Below are positions 36,640-38,533 of a DNA stretch of 38,533 nt, piece by piece. The notes beneath the pieces were generated by a model. It made no database searches. It saw nothing but the letters and a program-made list of their open reading frames with translations, and was not told the origin of the DNA. The position numbers and the translations under genes were made by a program. How positions within the stretch are numbered: position 1 is the first letter of the stretch; each line of letters begins with the position of its first letter. This DNA comes from Chiloscyllium plagiosum (taxonomy: Eukaryota). The stretch spans positions 1 to 38,533 of the forward strand of contig NW_025214046.1 in NCBI RefSeq assembly GCF_004010195.1, written 5' to 3'.

Positions 36640-38533
36640 TCAATCTCCAGCCATGGCAGATAATGGAATTTGACTTTTAATACAAATTTAAAACATAGAC
36701 CAGTGATGACCATGGATTTATTGTCAGTTGATGGTAAAACCATCTTGCTTACTAATACTCTTCAGCAAAGGAAATCTGTCATACTCACATGGTCTGGTCT
36801 AGTATGACTCCCGAACCACAACAGTGTATTTGACTCACAACTACCCTCTGAAATGGCCGAGCACGCTATTCAGTTAAACCAACCTCTACGAGTCTCAAAG
36901 ACATGAAACTTGACGGATCATCTACCATCGACCTCAGCACCAGAAACTACAGCTGCAGAAACAGGCGGTAAGACACTGCAAGTTCCTCCTGACTAACACC
37001 TGAGGGCTAGTGCCAAAATTCCAAGGTTGCTCACAGATTAATCAAGTAACAGCCTGACATAGTCATCCCAGGAATAATATTTAAAAGGGAAGAGATAGAG
37101 ATGAACGTCACCATCTCTGGATATGTCATATCTCACCGACAGGACATACCCAGCAGAGGTGGTAGCTCTGTGCTTTACAGTTGGAAGGAAGTTTCCCTCG
37201 CAGTAGTTGGCATTGAATTCAAATTCTATGCAGTCTTGTGGCTTTAGGTTTAACATGCACGGAAATCGACAAATGGTTGGAGACAATGGATGCTGCAAAA
37301 ACTGTAAGAACATTCTGGCAATTTTACAGAGGAGCTGTTCTCCACAACTTGACCTTCACAAAACCAGCTGCTTCAGTAATGTTACAATATTGACATCTAC
37401 CCGACAGTGTAGAAAATCGTCCCAATCTGTCGTATATATAAAGAGCAAGACAAATCCATCTGAAACATTTCCCACCCCATTCGTCTACTGTTGATCGTCA
37501 GTTAAATAATGGAATAAGCAATCAACAGTCCTATCGAGCATGACCATCTCATCAATGACCTCCTTATTGACACCCACTTTATGTTCCACCAGGGCCACTC
37601 AATTCCTGACCTCATTATCACATTGATTCCAATGTCAGCAAAAGGGCTGAATTCCAGAGGGGAAGTGCGACTCACAGCTCTGACATAAATGTTGCAATGG
37701 ACCAAATGTGGCATCACAAAGCCCTCGCAAAACTGGAAACAATCGGTTTCAACGGGAGCAATCTCCAGTGGTTAGAGTCATACCTCGCACAGCAGGAAGA
37801 CGAGCATTTTTGTCGGCAGTCAATCATTGCAGCTGCAGTACATCTCTGCACGAGTTCCTCAAGGTAATGTCTTCTGCCCAACCAGCTTAACCAGCTTCAT
37901 CAATGACCTTCTCTCCATCATATGGTCAGATGTGGGATACTCGCCGATAATTGCACAAATTCCCAGCACCGTTTACTAATCCTCAGGTATTGAAGCATTC
38001 CATGTCTAAATGCAACAACATCCAGACAAAATTTAACCAGCTTCATCAATGACCTTCTCTCCATCATATGGTCAGATGTGGGATACTCGCCGATAATTGC
38101 ACAAATTCCCAGCACCGTTTACTAATCCTCAGGTATTGAAGCATTCCATGTCTAAATGCAACAACATCCAGACAATATCCAGGCTTGGGATGATAAGTGG
38201 CATGCAAACCTTCTGCCACTGAAATGACAGGCTATGACCAGCTATGACAAGAGGGAATCTAATACACCGCCCTCAACCAACCTAGACATTTTCAAGGCAT
38301 TGAATCCAAAACTATGCAAATTCCTAGACTAATAATTAATCAGTAACTCAATTTTACACACCATGCAAACACAATGGCAATAAGAACAGGTCATTACTTG
38401 GGAATACTACAGCGAGTAACTCATCTCATGGGTCCCATAAACTATCCAACAGCTACATGGCACAAATCAGATGTGCGATGAAATGTTCCCCATTTGCCTA
38501 GATGAGAGCAGTCCCAACAAAATTGAAGTAGCA
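36640..38533 (+). mobile_element. LINE (CR1-clade-like) with 5' region, APE start and RT, internally deleted, running off the window
   Basis: HRLIK-QPDIVI...ISGYVISHRQDIPSRGG (about 37030-37165), WLESYL, VPQG, FINDL.SII.SDVG and DNIQAWDDKW. Confidence 0.85.
37887..38175. repeat. Perfect 143-bp tandem duplication (37887-38029, 38033-38175) with a 3-bp spacer
   Basis: The two copies read identically by eye. Confidence 0.95.

Noticed and set aside
1..38533. CRISPR arrays, tRNA/rRNA genes, prokaryotic operons and the many short ORFs
   Set aside because: No repeat-spacer array or structured RNA gene was seen; the short ORFs are repeat-derived, antisense shadows or chance.

Overview
AT-rich, repeat-dense vertebrate genomic DNA with a 222-N scaffold gap. 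The repeat families (CR1 LINEs, HE1-type SINE, Penelope-like elements, (TCTAA)n tail) and the gene type point to a cartilaginous fish, probably a shark. The only clear host gene is a two-exon, minus-strand class A GPCR of the GPR139/GPR142-like type (exon 1 27584-27653, exon 2 21203-22106, phase-1 GT-AG intron). It carries a 1-nt frameshift, so it is a pseudogene or an assembly error. Its 5.5-kb intron holds a sense-strand CR1 LINE interrupted by a Penelope-like element that has a 14-bp TSD and a minimal hammerhead ribozyme. The most unusual signal is a heavily decayed plus-strand retrovirus-like fossil at about 17.6-20.8 kb, with tether, retroviral-type RNase H, integrase and env-like motifs in the expected order. 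A second, weaker RT-like relic lies at about 4.3-5.65 kb. The window also has a recent 2.1-kb tandem duplication paralogous to the GPCR upstream region, two short tandem duplications and two long inverted repeats. Motif calls in the decayed elements and all identity values are by eye and need profile searches or alignments.
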